DNA from: a bacterium
GTDB lineage: Bacteria > Myxococcota_A > UBA9160 > UBA4427
Direction of reading: 5' to 3'
DNA length: 64,000 nt
Assembly (NCBI GenBank): GCA_031413515.1
Contig: JANOFF010000143.1
Span: 10,539-74,538 of the forward strand
Shown here: piece after piece, positions 44,114-53,491 of the stretch
Numbering within the stretch: the stretch's first letter is position 1
How the letters are laid out: every line of letters begins with the position of its first letter
The notes under the pieces: model-generated
Databases searched by the model: none
Seen by the model: only the letters and a program-made list of their open reading frames with translations
What the model was told of the DNA's origin: nothing
Position numbers and translations under genes: made by a program

Positions 44114-46593
44114 GCAAGCAGCGCGACGACGCCGATGGGGTCGAGGGCGAGAAGGCTCCGTCGGGTTCCGGTGGTGCGGGCTCCGACACGAGTCACGGAG
44201 GCATGGCGATCCGCGTCGGGACCGGCGCGCCCGAGGACGACGAACTCGCAGTTCCGGAGCTGCCGGAAGTACTCGCCGTCCTGCCCCTCAAGAACACGGT
44301 GCTCTTTCCGTTCCTGCTGTCTCCGCTGCTGGTCAACACGCCGGCCTCCCAGCAGTTGATCGACGAGGTCCTCGTGCGTCCCGACCGGTTGCTCGTCTGT
44401 GCGGCGATCCGGCATCCGGTCGAGGGCACGCCGCGCGCTGCCGACGTCCACGATGTCGGCACCGTACTGCGCGTCGTGAAGATGTTGAAGTTCGCGGACG
44501 ATTCGTACCGACTGCTCGTCCAGGGAATCGTGCGCGTGGCCCTCGACGAGTTCGTCTCGGAAGAGCCGTTCCTGCGTGCGCGCGTGCGGCCGCTGAACGA
44601 CACCGGTGATCTCGAATCCGTCGAGGTGGCGGCGCTGACCCGGAACCTCTCGCAGCAATTCGGCAACCTGGTGACGGAGAGTTCGCGTCTCTCGGACGAT
44701 CTGCAGGTGCTGGTCGCGAATCTCGACGATCCGTCCAAGCTCGCCGATCTCGTCGCGTCGAACCTCGAACTCGACGTCGAGGGAAAGCAGCGGATCCTCG
44801 AGACGACGGACGTGCCCGACCGTCTGCGTCTGGTGCTGAACCAGCTCTCGAAGGAGGGCCAGGCCCTCGAGATCGAGACCGAGATCAAGGAGAAGGTCCA
44901 GAACGAAATGACCAAGACGCAGCGTGAGTACATGCTGCGCCAACAGTTGGAGGCGATCCGACGGGAACTCGGCGAGAGCGAGGACAGTGACGAGGGAATC
45001 GATCGCCTGCGCGCGAAGATCGAGTCGGCAGGGTTGAGCGAGGAGGCAACCAAGCAAGCGCAACGCGAGATCGAACGGCTGGGACAGACCCCACCCGCCG
45101 CAGCTGAACATGCCGTGATCCGGACCTATCTCGAGTGGATGAGCGAGCTGCCCTGGTCGAACGTGTCCGACGACCGGCTCGATGTCGCCGAAGCCCGGCG
45201 AATTCTCGACGAGGACCATTACGGGCTCGACAAGATCAAGGATCGGATCATCGAGTACATCGCCGTGCTGTCTCTGAAGAGGGATCTGAAGGGGCCGATC
45301 CTCTGCTTCGTCGGCCCTCCCGGGACCGGCAAGACTTCGCTCGGTCGCTCGATTGCTCGGGCCCTCGGTCGACAGTTCACACGCATCTCGCTCGGAGGCG
45401 TCAGGGACGAGGCCGAAGTACGCGGACACCGCCGGACCTACGTCGGAGCGATGCCAGGCCGCATCATCCAGTCCCTGCGCAAGTCCGGCACACGAAATCC
45501 GGTGATGCTGCTCGACGAGATCGACAAGGTCGGATCCGACGGGCGCGGAGATCCTTCGTCGGCGTTGCTGGAGGTCCTCGATCCGGAACAGAACGCCGAG
45601 TTCAGCGATCACTATCTCGAGGTGCCGTTCGACCTGTCCCAGGTGCTGTTCGTCGCGACCGCGAATCTGATCGACCCGGTTTCTGCGCCGCTGCGCGATC
45701 GGATGGAAGTGATCGAGTTGCCCGGATACACGCTGGAAGAGAAGGTCGAGATCGCGAAGCGATTCCTGCTACCGCGCCAGATCGCACAGAGTGGCATCGC
45801 CTCGGTCGATCTCGATGTGCCGCACTCGACACTCGTGGCCCTTGTCGAGCGCTACACGCGGGAGGCCGGCGTGCGCAACCTCGAGCGCGAGATCGGTGGC
45901 ATCTGCCGGAAGATCGCCCGCCGTGTGGCCGAGGGCGACGACGCGAGCCCTGTGCGGATCACGCCCGCGGATCTCGGCGGGCTGCTCGGGCCGGTGAAGT
46001 TCGAACCCGAGATCGCCGAGGATGCCGAGGAGCCGGGCGTGGCGATCGGTCTGGCCTGGACACCTGCCGGGGGCGACATTCTCTTCGTCGAGGCAACTCG
46101 CATGCCGGGGCAGGGGGAGCTCAAGCTCACCGGGTCGCTCGGCGAAGTCATGCGCGAGTCCGTCGAAGCCGCTCGATCCTGGCTGCGAGGTCACGCAGAC
46201 CAGTTCGGCCTGGTTCCGGGAACGGACTTCGACCAGCGCGACATCCATGTGCACGTGCCCTCCGGTGCGGTTCCCAAGGACGGTCCCTCGGCGGGGGTCG
46301 CGATGGTGACGTCGCTGGCGTCCATGATGACCGGACGCCCGGTGCGGTCGGGTGTGGCGATGACGGGCGAGATAACCCTGCGTGGTAAAGTGCTGCCCGT
46401 CGGCGGGATCAAGGAAAAAGTACTGGCCGCGAAGCGAGCCGGGATCCGTCGGGTGATCCTGCCCGAACAGAACCGTCGCGACGTGGAGGAAATCGCTCAT
46501 GATCTGCTCGCTGGACTCGAGCTCGCCTACGTATCGACGATCGACGAAGCCCTCGAACAGACTCTCGTCCAGTCGGCGGCTGCAGCGGCCTGA
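44110..46593 (+). CDS. lon: ATP-dependent Lon protease (LonA), copy 1
   Basis: 827 aa. The ATG overlaps the hsp20 stop (ATGA). The Lon N-domain reads LPLKNTVLFPF, Walker A is GPPGTGKTSLGRSIA, and the protease Ser motif is PKDGPSAGVAM. Confidence 0.95.
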   Translation: MSKQRDDADGVEGEKAPSGSGGAGSDTSHGGMAIRVGTGAPEDDELAVPELPEVLAVLPLKNTVLFPFLLSPLLVNTPASQQLIDEVLVRPDRLLVCAAIRHPVEGTPRAADVHDVGTVLRVVKMLKFADDSYRLLVQGIVRVALDEFVSEEPFLRARVRPLNDTGDLESVEVAALTRNLSQQFGNLVTESSRLSDDLQVLVANLDDPSKLADLVASNLELDVEGKQRILETTDVPDRLRLVLNQLSKEGQALEIETEIKEKVQNEMTKTQREYMLRQQLEAIRRELGESEDSDEGIDRLRAKIESAGLSEEATKQAQREIERLGQTPPAAAEHAVIRTYLEWMSELPWSNVSDDRLDVAEARRILDEDHYGLDKIKDRIIEYIAVLSLKRDLKGPILCFVGPPGTGKTSLGRSIARALGRQFTRISLGGVRDEAEVRGHRRTYVGAMPGRIIQSLRKSGTRNPVMLLDEIDKVGSDGRGDPSSALLEVLDPEQNAEFSDHYLEVPFDLSQVLFVATANLIDPVSAPLRDRMEVIELPGYTLEEKVEIAKRFLLPRQIAQSGIASVDLDVPHSTLVALVERYTREAGVRNLEREIGGICRKIARRVAEGDDASPVRITPADLGGLLGPVKFEPEIAEDAEEPGVAIGLAWTPAGGDILFVEATRMPGQGELKLTGSLGEVMRESVEAARSWLRGHADQFGLVPGTDFDQRDIHVHVPSGAVPKDGPSAGVAMVTSLASMMTGRPVRSGVAMTGEITLRGKVLPVGGIKEKVLAAKRAGIRRVILPEQNRRDVEEIAHDLLAGLELAYVSTIDEALEQTLVQSAAAAA

Positions 46594-47437
46594 GGCGATT
46601 CTGCGATCGCTGGCTGCTGCCATCGGCCTGCTTCTGCTGACGAGCGGGTGCGTGACGCGCGGGACCTACAGCGGCGTCGTGACCGAGCGGGACAAGTACC
46701 AGAGCAAATCGATCCAGCTCGAGCAGCGTGTGCAGGCTCTCGAGGCGTCGACGATTTCACTTCGGACCGAACTCGACGCGACGCTCGAACAGTACGAAGA
46801 CCTGTCGATCGCCCACCAGGCGCTCGTCAATGAGGCGGATGCTCTTCGGGGCAGTCAGGCGCGACTCTCGAGCAAGCTGACCGATCAGAGTGTCGAACTC
46901 GTACGTTCGCAGGAGGCGCTCAAACTCGCCAAGTCAGAACTCGAAAGACTCACGTCGACCTATACGACTTTGATGTCGGACCTCGAGTCCGAGGTCTCGT
47001 CGGGGCAGATCCAGATCGAGCAGCTGCGCGAGGGAATCCGCGTCAACGTGTCGGATGAGATCATCTTTCCTTCTGGCTCCGCGATCCTCGACCCCCTAGG
47101 CCAGCGAGTCCTCGAAAAGGTCGCGACCCAGCTGGTCGCGATGGATCACGACATCGAAGTGCAGGGTCACACCGACGATCGAGATATCACAGGTAGCCTG
47201 CAGGAGCGATATCCGACGAACTGGGATCTGGCGGCGGCGCGGGCTGCGCGTGTGACGCGTTTGCTTCAGGATGCAGGCATCCCGGGAGAACGCCTCACCC
47301 TCGTTTCGTTCTCGTCATATCGACCGATCGCACCGAACGACTCACCGCAGGACCGGGCCTTGAACCGGCGAATCGAGATCCGGCTGAAGCCCCGTACCGA
47401 GCCGATCGTCGACGAACCGGTCCCCACGCCCGAGTAG
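46499..47437 (+). CDS. OmpA/MotB-family peptidoglycan-binding lipoprotein with long coiled coil
   Basis: The lipobox is LLLLTSGC. A coiled coil of about 130 aa follows. The C-terminal OmpA-like domain reads FPSGSAILDP...VQGHTDDRDI...NWDLAAARAARV...NRRIEIRL. The only canonical start (ATG at 46499, GGAGGA 8 nt upstream) overlaps lon by 95 nt. Confidence 0.75.
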   Translation: MICSLDSSSPTYRRSTKPSNRLSSSRRLQRPEAILRSLAAAIGLLLLTSGCVTRGTYSGVVTERDKYQSKSIQLEQRVQALEASTISLRTELDATLEQYEDLSIAHQALVNEADALRGSQARLSSKLTDQSVELVRSQEALKLAKSELERLTSTYTTLMSDLESEVSSGQIQIEQLREGIRVNVSDEIIFPSGSAILDPLGQRVLEKVATQLVAMDHDIEVQGHTDDRDITGSLQERYPTNWDLAAARAARVTRLLQDAGIPGERLTLVSFSSYRPIAPNDSPQDRALNRRIEIRLKPRTEPIVDEPVPTPE

Positions 47438-47444
47438 TCTCGAG

Positions 47445-48797
47445 ATGAGCGGGACCCCGCGCGAGTGGCTCGAGCGATGCGCGATGGCGGGAATCGCGGC
47501 GGTGGAGGGCGGGGCGGCGGTCGGACGCTCGATCCGGCGGGACGGCTCGCGCATCTGGATCGCGAATCGTGAGATCGCGAACGATGCCGGGGTCGAGATC
47601 GTGGCGATCGGAAAGGCAGCCGCATCGATGGCGGCCGCTGCATCCGCCGCACTCGGCGATCGCGTCAGCGGTGGGATGATCGTTACCCGTGACGGGCACT
47701 CGGCCGCGGCACCTGCTGGCCTCGATGTGCGACACGCCGGTCATCCCATTCCCGACGAGCGATCCATGGCCGCCGGTCGATCCCTGCTCGAGCGCGTGGC
47801 CGCGATCGACCCGCGCGACGTGCTGCTGGTCCTGTTGTCCGGCGGTGGATCCGCGCTCACGAGCTGCCCGGTCGACGGGATCGAACTCGCAGACCTCATT
47901 CTGACCACCGAGGAGATGCTTCGGTGCGGGGCGAGCATCGACGAAGTCAATTGTCTCCGTAAGCACCTTTCGATCGTCGGGGGAGGAGGTCTGGCAGCGG
48001 CGAGCAGCGCCCGGGAGATCCACGCGCTGCTCCTCTCGGACGTCATGGGAGATCGCCTGGACGTGATCGCCTCGGGGCCGTGCACGGGGGATCCGAGCCG
48101 CTTCGCGGATGCACTCTCGATCGTCGCGCGTCACGACCTCGCATCGCGACTGCCCGAGCCTGTCCTTCGCTACCTCGACGCGGGTGTGCACGGGCGCAAG
48201 CCCGAGACGCTCGACGTCGACGCGCCAGTGCTTCGGGACGTCCACGCGACCATCGTGGCCCGCAACGCCGACGCTCGACACGCGGTCCTGCGGGCCGCGC
48301 GATCCTGTCTCGATCTGGGAGAGATCCTGCGCGGCGAGGCCAGTCGCATGGGGCGACGCCTCGTCGCCCTGGCGGATTCTCTGCGACGCGGCCCTGCTCG
48401 GTTGCTCGTCGCCGGTGGCGAGACCGTGGTGCGGCTGCGGGGCAGCGGAAAGGGTGGTCGCAATCAGGAACTCGCGCTCGCCGCTGCGATCGCCCTCGAT
48501 AGCAAACCCGCAGATCGTGGCATCAGTCTGCTCGCCGTCGGAACCGACGGCAGCGATGGTCCGACGGATGCAGCGGGTGGCTTCGTCGATGGAGAGAGCG
48601 CCCGTCACGCTCGCTCGAGAGGCGCCGATCCCGACGAGTTGCTCGCCCGCAACGATTCGCACCGGTTCCTCGAACTGTCGGGTGGCCTGGTCCGGACGGG
48701 GCCCACGGACACCAACGTGATGGACCTCGTCCTGGTGTGCGTCGGCCGAGTTCCCGACGACACAGAGAGCGCCTGGCGAGTTCCGTCGTCGTGTTAG
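47445..48797 (+). CDS. Glycerate 2-kinase / hydroxypyruvate reductase family (MOFRL/DUF4147, TtuD-like)
   Basis: 450 aa. IVAIGKAAASMA...HAGHPIPDERS...LLSGGGSAL...GGETVVRLRGSGKGGRNQELALAAA...GTDGSDGPTDAAGG. Confidence 0.88.
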   Translation: MSGTPREWLERCAMAGIAAVEGGAAVGRSIRRDGSRIWIANREIANDAGVEIVAIGKAAASMAAAASAALGDRVSGGMIVTRDGHSAAAPAGLDVRHAGHPIPDERSMAAGRSLLERVAAIDPRDVLLVLLSGGGSALTSCPVDGIELADLILTTEEMLRCGASIDEVNCLRKHLSIVGGGGLAAASSAREIHALLLSDVMGDRLDVIASGPCTGDPSRFADALSIVARHDLASRLPEPVLRYLDAGVHGRKPETLDVDAPVLRDVHATIVARNADARHAVLRAARSCLDLGEILRGEASRMGRRLVALADSLRRGPARLLVAGGETVVRLRGSGKGGRNQELALAAAIALDSKPADRGISLLAVGTDGSDGPTDAAGGFVDGESARHARSRGADPDELLARNDSHRFLELSGGLVRTGPTDTNVMDLVLVCVGRVPDDTESAWRVPSSC

Positions 48798-48841
48798 ATT
48801 CTGGCCCGCCGTTGGATCGCTTCGGCGCGGAGGGAGTCGGG

Positions 48842-49330
48842 TTGGCGATTGCAGCAGAGGAATTCAAGCAGTGTCTCGCGCGCTGGGCGAGCGGCGTCAC
48901 GATCGTGACGAGTCGAGCCGGGGACGAGATCCACGGCATGACGGTTTCGGACTTCAGCGGTGCATCGCTTTCTCCTCCACTCGTCAGCGTCTGCTGCAGC
49001 AAGTCCTCCATCACGACCGGGCTGATCGCCAGGGCAGGCTGCTTCGGTGTGAACGTGCTGGCGTCTGATCAGCAGGAACTCTCGAACCGGTTCGCCTCGA
49101 AGAAGTACGAGCACGAGAGGTTCGTCGGACTGGAGTTCGCCCAGGCGGAAACCGGTGCCCCCCTGATCGCAGGGTGCCTCGTCAATCTCGACTGCCGTCT
49201 CGTCGCCACCTACGACGCCGGGGATCACGTCATCTACCTCGGTGAGATCCAGTCCAGCCGGCACTCCGAGCGTGAACCCCTCGTCTACTGGAGACACGGC
49301 TATCGCGCACTGGTGGGCTCTGGCGCGTGA
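48842..49330 (+). CDS. Flavin reductase-like FMN-binding protein
   Basis: FKQCLARWASGVTIVTS....IHGMTVSDFSGASLSPPLVSVC....GVNVL...HVIYLGEI. The TTG at 48842 was chosen because GGAGGGAG lies 8 nt upstream. In-frame alternatives are the GTG at 48791 and the GTG at 48737. Confidence 0.78.
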   Translation: MAIAAEEFKQCLARWASGVTIVTSRAGDEIHGMTVSDFSGASLSPPLVSVCCSKSSITTGLIARAGCFGVNVLASDQQELSNRFASKKYEHERFVGLEFAQAETGAPLIAGCLVNLDCRLVATYDAGDHVIYLGEIQSSRHSEREPLVYWRHGYRALVGSGA

Positions 49331-49968
49331 TTCCCGTCCGATTCATCGTCTACTCCGACTACCTGTGTCCATGGTGCTTCAACGCATCGGTGAGGCTTCG
49401 CTCTCTCGAGACCGAGTACGACGGCCGGGTGGAGTTGGATTGGCGCGCCTTCCTGCTGCGTCCAGAACCCCGCTCGTCGTCGGATCCCGCCGCCAGCCTC
49501 GCGAAGTTCCGGGAGTACACGCGCTCGTGGCAGACGCCGGCCGGCGAGCCCGACGCGGGCAGTTTCACCGTGTGGGCAAGCGATGAGGGGCCGCCTTCTC
49601 ACAGTGTGCCGGCCCACCGGGTGGGCAAGGCCGCGAAGGCGCTCGGCCCCGAGGCCTTCCGACGCATGCACGACCGCTTGATGCGGGCCTACTTCAGCGA
49701 GAATCGCGACATCAGCCGCATCGAAGTCCAGCGCGAGTTGTGGAGCGAAGTCGGTCTTCCCGAGAGCGGATTCGAAATCGCCTTGCGCCCCGGGACCGTG
49801 GATCTCGTCCTCGCCGAGGATCGCGAAGCACGCGAGTGCGGAGCCACCGGCGTCCCGGCCGTCCGACTCGCCGACAACCCCGCGATCATCGTCGGCGCGC
49901 ACCCGCTCGAACTGTATCGGCGCTGGGTGGAGCGCACGCTGGAACGTCGTGGGGGCGGGGTCGGCTGA
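49327..49968 (+). CDS. DsbA-family thiol-disulfide oxidoreductase (FrnE-like, CPWC)
   Basis: The GTG overlaps the upstream stop. VYSDYLCPWCFNAS...GVPAVRL. No signal peptide is evident. Confidence 0.82.
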   Translation: MIPVRFIVYSDYLCPWCFNASVRLRSLETEYDGRVELDWRAFLLRPEPRSSSDPAASLAKFREYTRSWQTPAGEPDAGSFTVWASDEGPPSHSVPAHRVGKAAKALGPEAFRRMHDRLMRAYFSENRDISRIEVQRELWSEVGLPESGFEIALRPGTVDLVLAEDREARECGATGVPAVRLADNPAIIVGAHPLELYRRWVERTLERRGGGVG

Positions 49969-50750
49969 TGGGCCTCGTCGGCCCGCAGGCCCGATTCGAT
50001 CTGACGGGGCGCGTCGCCGTCGTGACCGGTGCCTCCTCGGGTCTCGGTGTCGAACTCGCCCGCGCGCTTGCCGGTGCGGGCGCGCGACTTGTGCTCGCCG
50101 CTCGGCGAATCGATCGGCTCGAGTCGCTGGCGCGCCAGCTCGAACTCGAGGGCGCGGAGGCGTTGGCGGTACGCTGCGATCTGACGGATGAGCGAGACAT
50201 CGATGCACTGGTCCGATCCACGATGGATCACTTCCACGCGGTCGACGTCCTGATCAACAACGCAGGAATCACCGAAGTAGTTCGCGCCGAGGACGAACCG
50301 ATCGAGACGTTCGATCGCGTGGTGTCCGTGAATCTTCGCGGTGTGTTCCTGTGCACGCAGCGATTCGGCAGACACATGCTCGCCGCACGACGAGGCAGTG
50401 TGGTGAACATCGCCTCCGTGCTGGGCCTGGTCGGCAGCGGTCAGGTCCCACAGGCGAGCTATGCGGCCGCAAAGGGAGCGATCATCAATCTCACGCGGGA
50501 GATCGCCGCTCAATGGGCGCGACGGGGTGTTCGCGTCAATGCGATCGCGCCCGGCTGGTTCGAGAGCGAGATGACCGGGGAGATGTTCGCGGATGAGCGC
50601 TCGCAGAAGTGGATGCGAGGCCGCGCGCCGATGGGTCGACCCGGAGTTGCCGGGGAACTCGACGGCGCGCTGCTCTTCCTGGCATCGGATGCGTCGTCGT
50701 TCGTGACCGGACAGACGATCGCAGTCGATGGGGGCTGGTCGATCGTCTGA
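49968..50750 (+). CDS. Short-chain dehydrogenase/reductase (SDR)
   Basis: The ATG overlaps the upstream TGA by 1 nt. TGASSGLG, NNAG, the catalytic YAAAKGA and the tail FVTGQTIAVDGGW. Confidence 0.92.
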   Translation: MGLVGPQARFDLTGRVAVVTGASSGLGVELARALAGAGARLVLAARRIDRLESLARQLELEGAEALAVRCDLTDERDIDALVRSTMDHFHAVDVLINNAGITEVVRAEDEPIETFDRVVSVNLRGVFLCTQRFGRHMLAARRGSVVNIASVLGLVGSGQVPQASYAAAKGAIINLTREIAAQWARRGVRVNAIAPGWFESEMTGEMFADERSQKWMRGRAPMGRPGVAGELDGALLFLASDASSFVTGQTIAVDGGWSIV

Positions 50751-50763
50751 TGAGCGGCCCCGA

Positions 50764-50850
50764 TTGGTGCGGCGAAGAGGACTCGAACCTCCACGGGGTT
50801 GCCCCCACCAGCCCCTCAAGCTGACGCGTCTACCAGTTTCGCCACCGCCG
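50764..50850 (-). tRNA. tRNA-Leu (anticodon GAG)
   Basis: The reverse complement reads GCGGCGGTGGCGAAACTGGTAGACGCGTCAGCTTGAGGGGCTGGTGGGGGCAACCCCGTGGAGGTTCGAGTCCTCTTCGCCGCACCA. It has a long variable arm, the anticodon loop TT-GAG-GG and an encoded CCA. Confidence 0.92.
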
Positions 50851-50945
50851 CACGCGGGACCTGCGGGCGCCGAGGTTACCGAAACCCAGGCAGTGCGCCC
50901 ACTTCATTCGTCGCAGCGAGAATTCCGCCCGACGACCGACCTGGA

Positions 50946-51341
50946 TCAGTTCGGCCCGTCGCCGGTCTCGCTCGGGTCGATCTCTTCCAGTGCGCCGGAG
51001 CCTTGAGTTGCGCCATCGGCGGTGGGTACTTCCGCGCCTTCGTTCGGCAGGACTTCACCGAGCGGCGATTCGCTCTGCGGCTCGCTCTCATCGAACAGCT
51101 GCACGTCCGCCTGCTGCGTGCCGAGGTAGGCGAGAGAGAGGCTCGTGACCATGAAGAGGACCGCGCTCCCGGTGGTCAGCTTGGTCAGGAAGTTTCCGGC
51201 GCCCCGGCTGCCGAAGACCGTATTGGCGCCGCCGCCGCCGAGCGATGCTCCGAGGTCGGCTCCCTTGCCGCGCTGCAACAGGACGACTGCGATCAGCACG
51301 AAGCAGACCATGAAATGAAGCGCGTAGAGCAGGGCCATCAT
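50946..51341 (-). CDS. secG: Preprotein translocase subunit SecG (with acidic C-terminal extension)
   Basis: MMALLYALHFMVCFVLIAVVLLQRGKGADLGASLGGGGANTVFGSRGAGNFLTK. The ATG overlaps the tpiA stop. Confidence 0.9.
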   Translation of the reverse strand: MMALLYALHFMVCFVLIAVVLLQRGKGADLGASLGGGGANTVFGSRGAGNFLTKLTTGSAVLFMVTSLSLAYLGTQQADVQLFDESEPQSESPLGEVLPNEGAEVPTADGATQGSGALEEIDPSETGDGPN

Positions 51342-52123
51342 GAACTCATGTCCTCTCGTCGATCGTACTGGACGATCGCGGCGAAACTAGCTGGATCGAG
51401 ACTCGCACCGCCAACCAACGCACCGTCGATGTCGGGCTGTGCCATCAACTGGGCGACGTTTTCAGGATTGACCGATCCGCCGTACTGGATCCGGATCGAC
51501 TCGGCGGCCGAGGAAAATCGACGCTCGAGCGTGTCCCGGATGAAGCGATGGGCCTGTTGGGCCTGACCCGGCCTAGCTGTCACGCCAGTGCCGATCGCCC
51601 AGACAGGCTCGTATGCTACCACCAGCTGGAACGCCTGCGCCGCAGGGACATTCGCAAGTCCCACCTCGATCTGATGTCCGAGGACCCGCTCGGTCTCGCC
51701 GGACTCGCGCTGGGCAAGGGTTTCCCCGATGCAGACGATCGGACGGACACCCGCGGCCAGCAGCGCCGAGGTCTTCCGGGCCACGATCGCGTCCGTCTCA
51801 CCGTACGACTGACGGCGTTCGCTGTGGCCGACCAGGCAGTAGCGGCAACCCGCATCGGCGATCATCTCGGCCGAGACCTCGCCGGTGAACGCGCCCGAAC
51901 GCTCGGCGCTCACGGCCTGGGCGGCGAGCTCGATCGGAGATCCGCCGAGTGCCCCGCGAGCCTCCGCAAGGGCGGTCAAGGGAGGTGCAATCACGACTTC
52001 GACGGATGTCCAGTCGTCATCTCCGCGGGCGCCGAGACGATCGAGCAGGCCGTCGATGAAGAGGCGCGTGTCGGCCCGGAGTTTGTGCAGTTTCCAGTTG
52101 GCGACGATGATCGGGCAGCGCAT
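51338..52123 (-). CDS. tpiA: Triose-phosphate isomerase
   Basis: The ATG at 52123 opens MRCPIIVANWKLH...LVGHSERR...AYEPVWAIGTG...YGGSV. The upstream part of the 462-aa ORF is read-through over pgk. Confidence 0.95.
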   Translation of the reverse strand: MRCPIIVANWKLHKLRADTRLFIDGLLDRLGARGDDDWTSVEVVIAPPLTALAEARGALGGSPIELAAQAVSAERSGAFTGEVSAEMIADAGCRYCLVGHSERRQSYGETDAIVARKTSALLAAGVRPIVCIGETLAQRESGETERVLGHQIEVGLANVPAAQAFQLVVAYEPVWAIGTGVTARPGQAQQAHRFIRDTLERRFSSAAESIRIQYGGSVNPENVAQLMAQPDIDGALVGGASLDPASFAAIVQYDRREDMSS

Positions 52124-53319
52124 CAGCACTCCAGCGCCGCGATGCCTGGCAACACGAGGCCCTGGACGAACTCGAGCGAGGCGCCGCCGCCCGTCGACAG
52201 ATGGCCGATGCGATCTCCGACACCGATCCGGTGGATCGCCGCGAGCGAGTCGCCACCACCCACTACGCTTTTCGCCTGCGAGTCCGCGACCGCCCGCGCG
52301 ACGCGCTCGGTGCCATGTGAAAACGCTTCGATCTCGAACACACCCATCGGGCCATTCCAGAGCAAGGTGCGGGCGCGGGACGCTTCGGCGGCGTAGAGGT
52401 CGGCGGTCCGGGGTCCGATGTCGAGCGCCATCAGGTCGTCGGGAATCCGCTCGACCACCGAGGCGGTGGCCGTCGCGTCGAGTGCGGCTGCGACAACGTG
52501 ATCGACGGGCAGCAGCAGGCGACAGCCCGCCTCCCGGGCGGATTGTTCGATGTGGCGCGCGGACTCGAGCAGATCGGGTTCCACTCGCGAGCGACCGATC
52601 GGCTCCCCTCGCGCGGCCAGGAACGTGTACGCCATGGCGCCGCCGATCGCGAGAACGTCCGCGTGCCTCGCCAGCGCTTCGATCACCGCCAGTTTGTCCG
52701 ACACCTTTGCGCCACCGAGCAGGCACAGCAAGGGGCGCTCCGGATCGAGCACGACGCTGAGGTGCTCGATCTCGCTGCGCAGCAGATCGCCCGCGGCCGC
52801 ATCCGCGACCAGTGGAACGATGCCCGCCGTCGACGCGTGGGCGCGGTGCGCAGTGCCGAACGCATCGTTGACATACAAGTCGGCCAGCGCCGCGAGGCCA
52901 TGTGCGAAATCGGCGTCGTTGTCGGTTTCGCCGCGGTGGAAACGCAGATTCTCGAGCAGCAGCACGTCGCCGTCCGCGAGTGCCGCGACGGCTCGCGCTG
53001 CCGGTTCACCGACGCAATCGGTGGCGAACGCGACGTTGCATCCGAGAAGGCCGGCGAGGGCCTCGGCCACCGGACGAAGCGAGAGTTCGGCGACGCGCAC
53101 GCCCTTAGGCCGACCGAGATGCGAGCACACGATCACGCGGGCCCCCGCCGCGCGCAGCCGCTGGATCGTGCCAAGCGAGGCCCGGATCCTCGAGTCGTCC
53201 GTGATCCGCCCCGCCTCGAACGGGACGTTCAAGTCGGACCTCACCAGCACCCGACGGCCCGCCAGCGGGCGGCTCGGCCCGGTCGACGGAATCCAATCAT
53301 CCAGGCTGCGAACACCCAC
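52123..53319 (-). CDS. pgk: Phosphoglycerate kinase
   Basis: GRRVLVRSDLNVP...SHLGRPKG...FENLRF...LLWNGPMGVFE...STGGGASLE. The GTG at 53319 has AGGAGG 9 nt upstream and gives about 398 aa. The ORF can extend to 53388. Confidence 0.93.
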   Translation of the reverse strand: MGVRSLDDWIPSTGPSRPLAGRRVLVRSDLNVPFEAGRITDDSRIRASLGTIQRLRAAGARVIVCSHLGRPKGVRVAELSLRPVAEALAGLLGCNVAFATDCVGEPAARAVAALADGDVLLLENLRFHRGETDNDADFAHGLAALADLYVNDAFGTAHRAHASTAGIVPLVADAAAGDLLRSEIEHLSVVLDPERPLLCLLGGAKVSDKLAVIEALARHADVLAIGGAMAYTFLAARGEPIGRSRVEPDLLESARHIEQSAREAGCRLLLPVDHVVAAALDATATASVVERIPDDLMALDIGPRTADLYAAEASRARTLLWNGPMGVFEIEAFSHGTERVARAVADSQAKSVVGGGDSLAAIHRIGVGDRIGHLSTGGGASLEFVQGLVLPGIAALEC

Positions 53320-53491
53320 TCGACGATCCCTCCTGCCGCCGCACTCGCCCGATCCGGAATCCTCGACGCGCGATTGGTCGGGCGGCAATGTACCGACCGC
53401 TCAACTATGTGACAACGAATGCGAAACCGTACATCCCGGCGGTTGCCGGTGTGCCGCTACACTGCGCGATCGGGGGGACGGCAAAGCTGTC

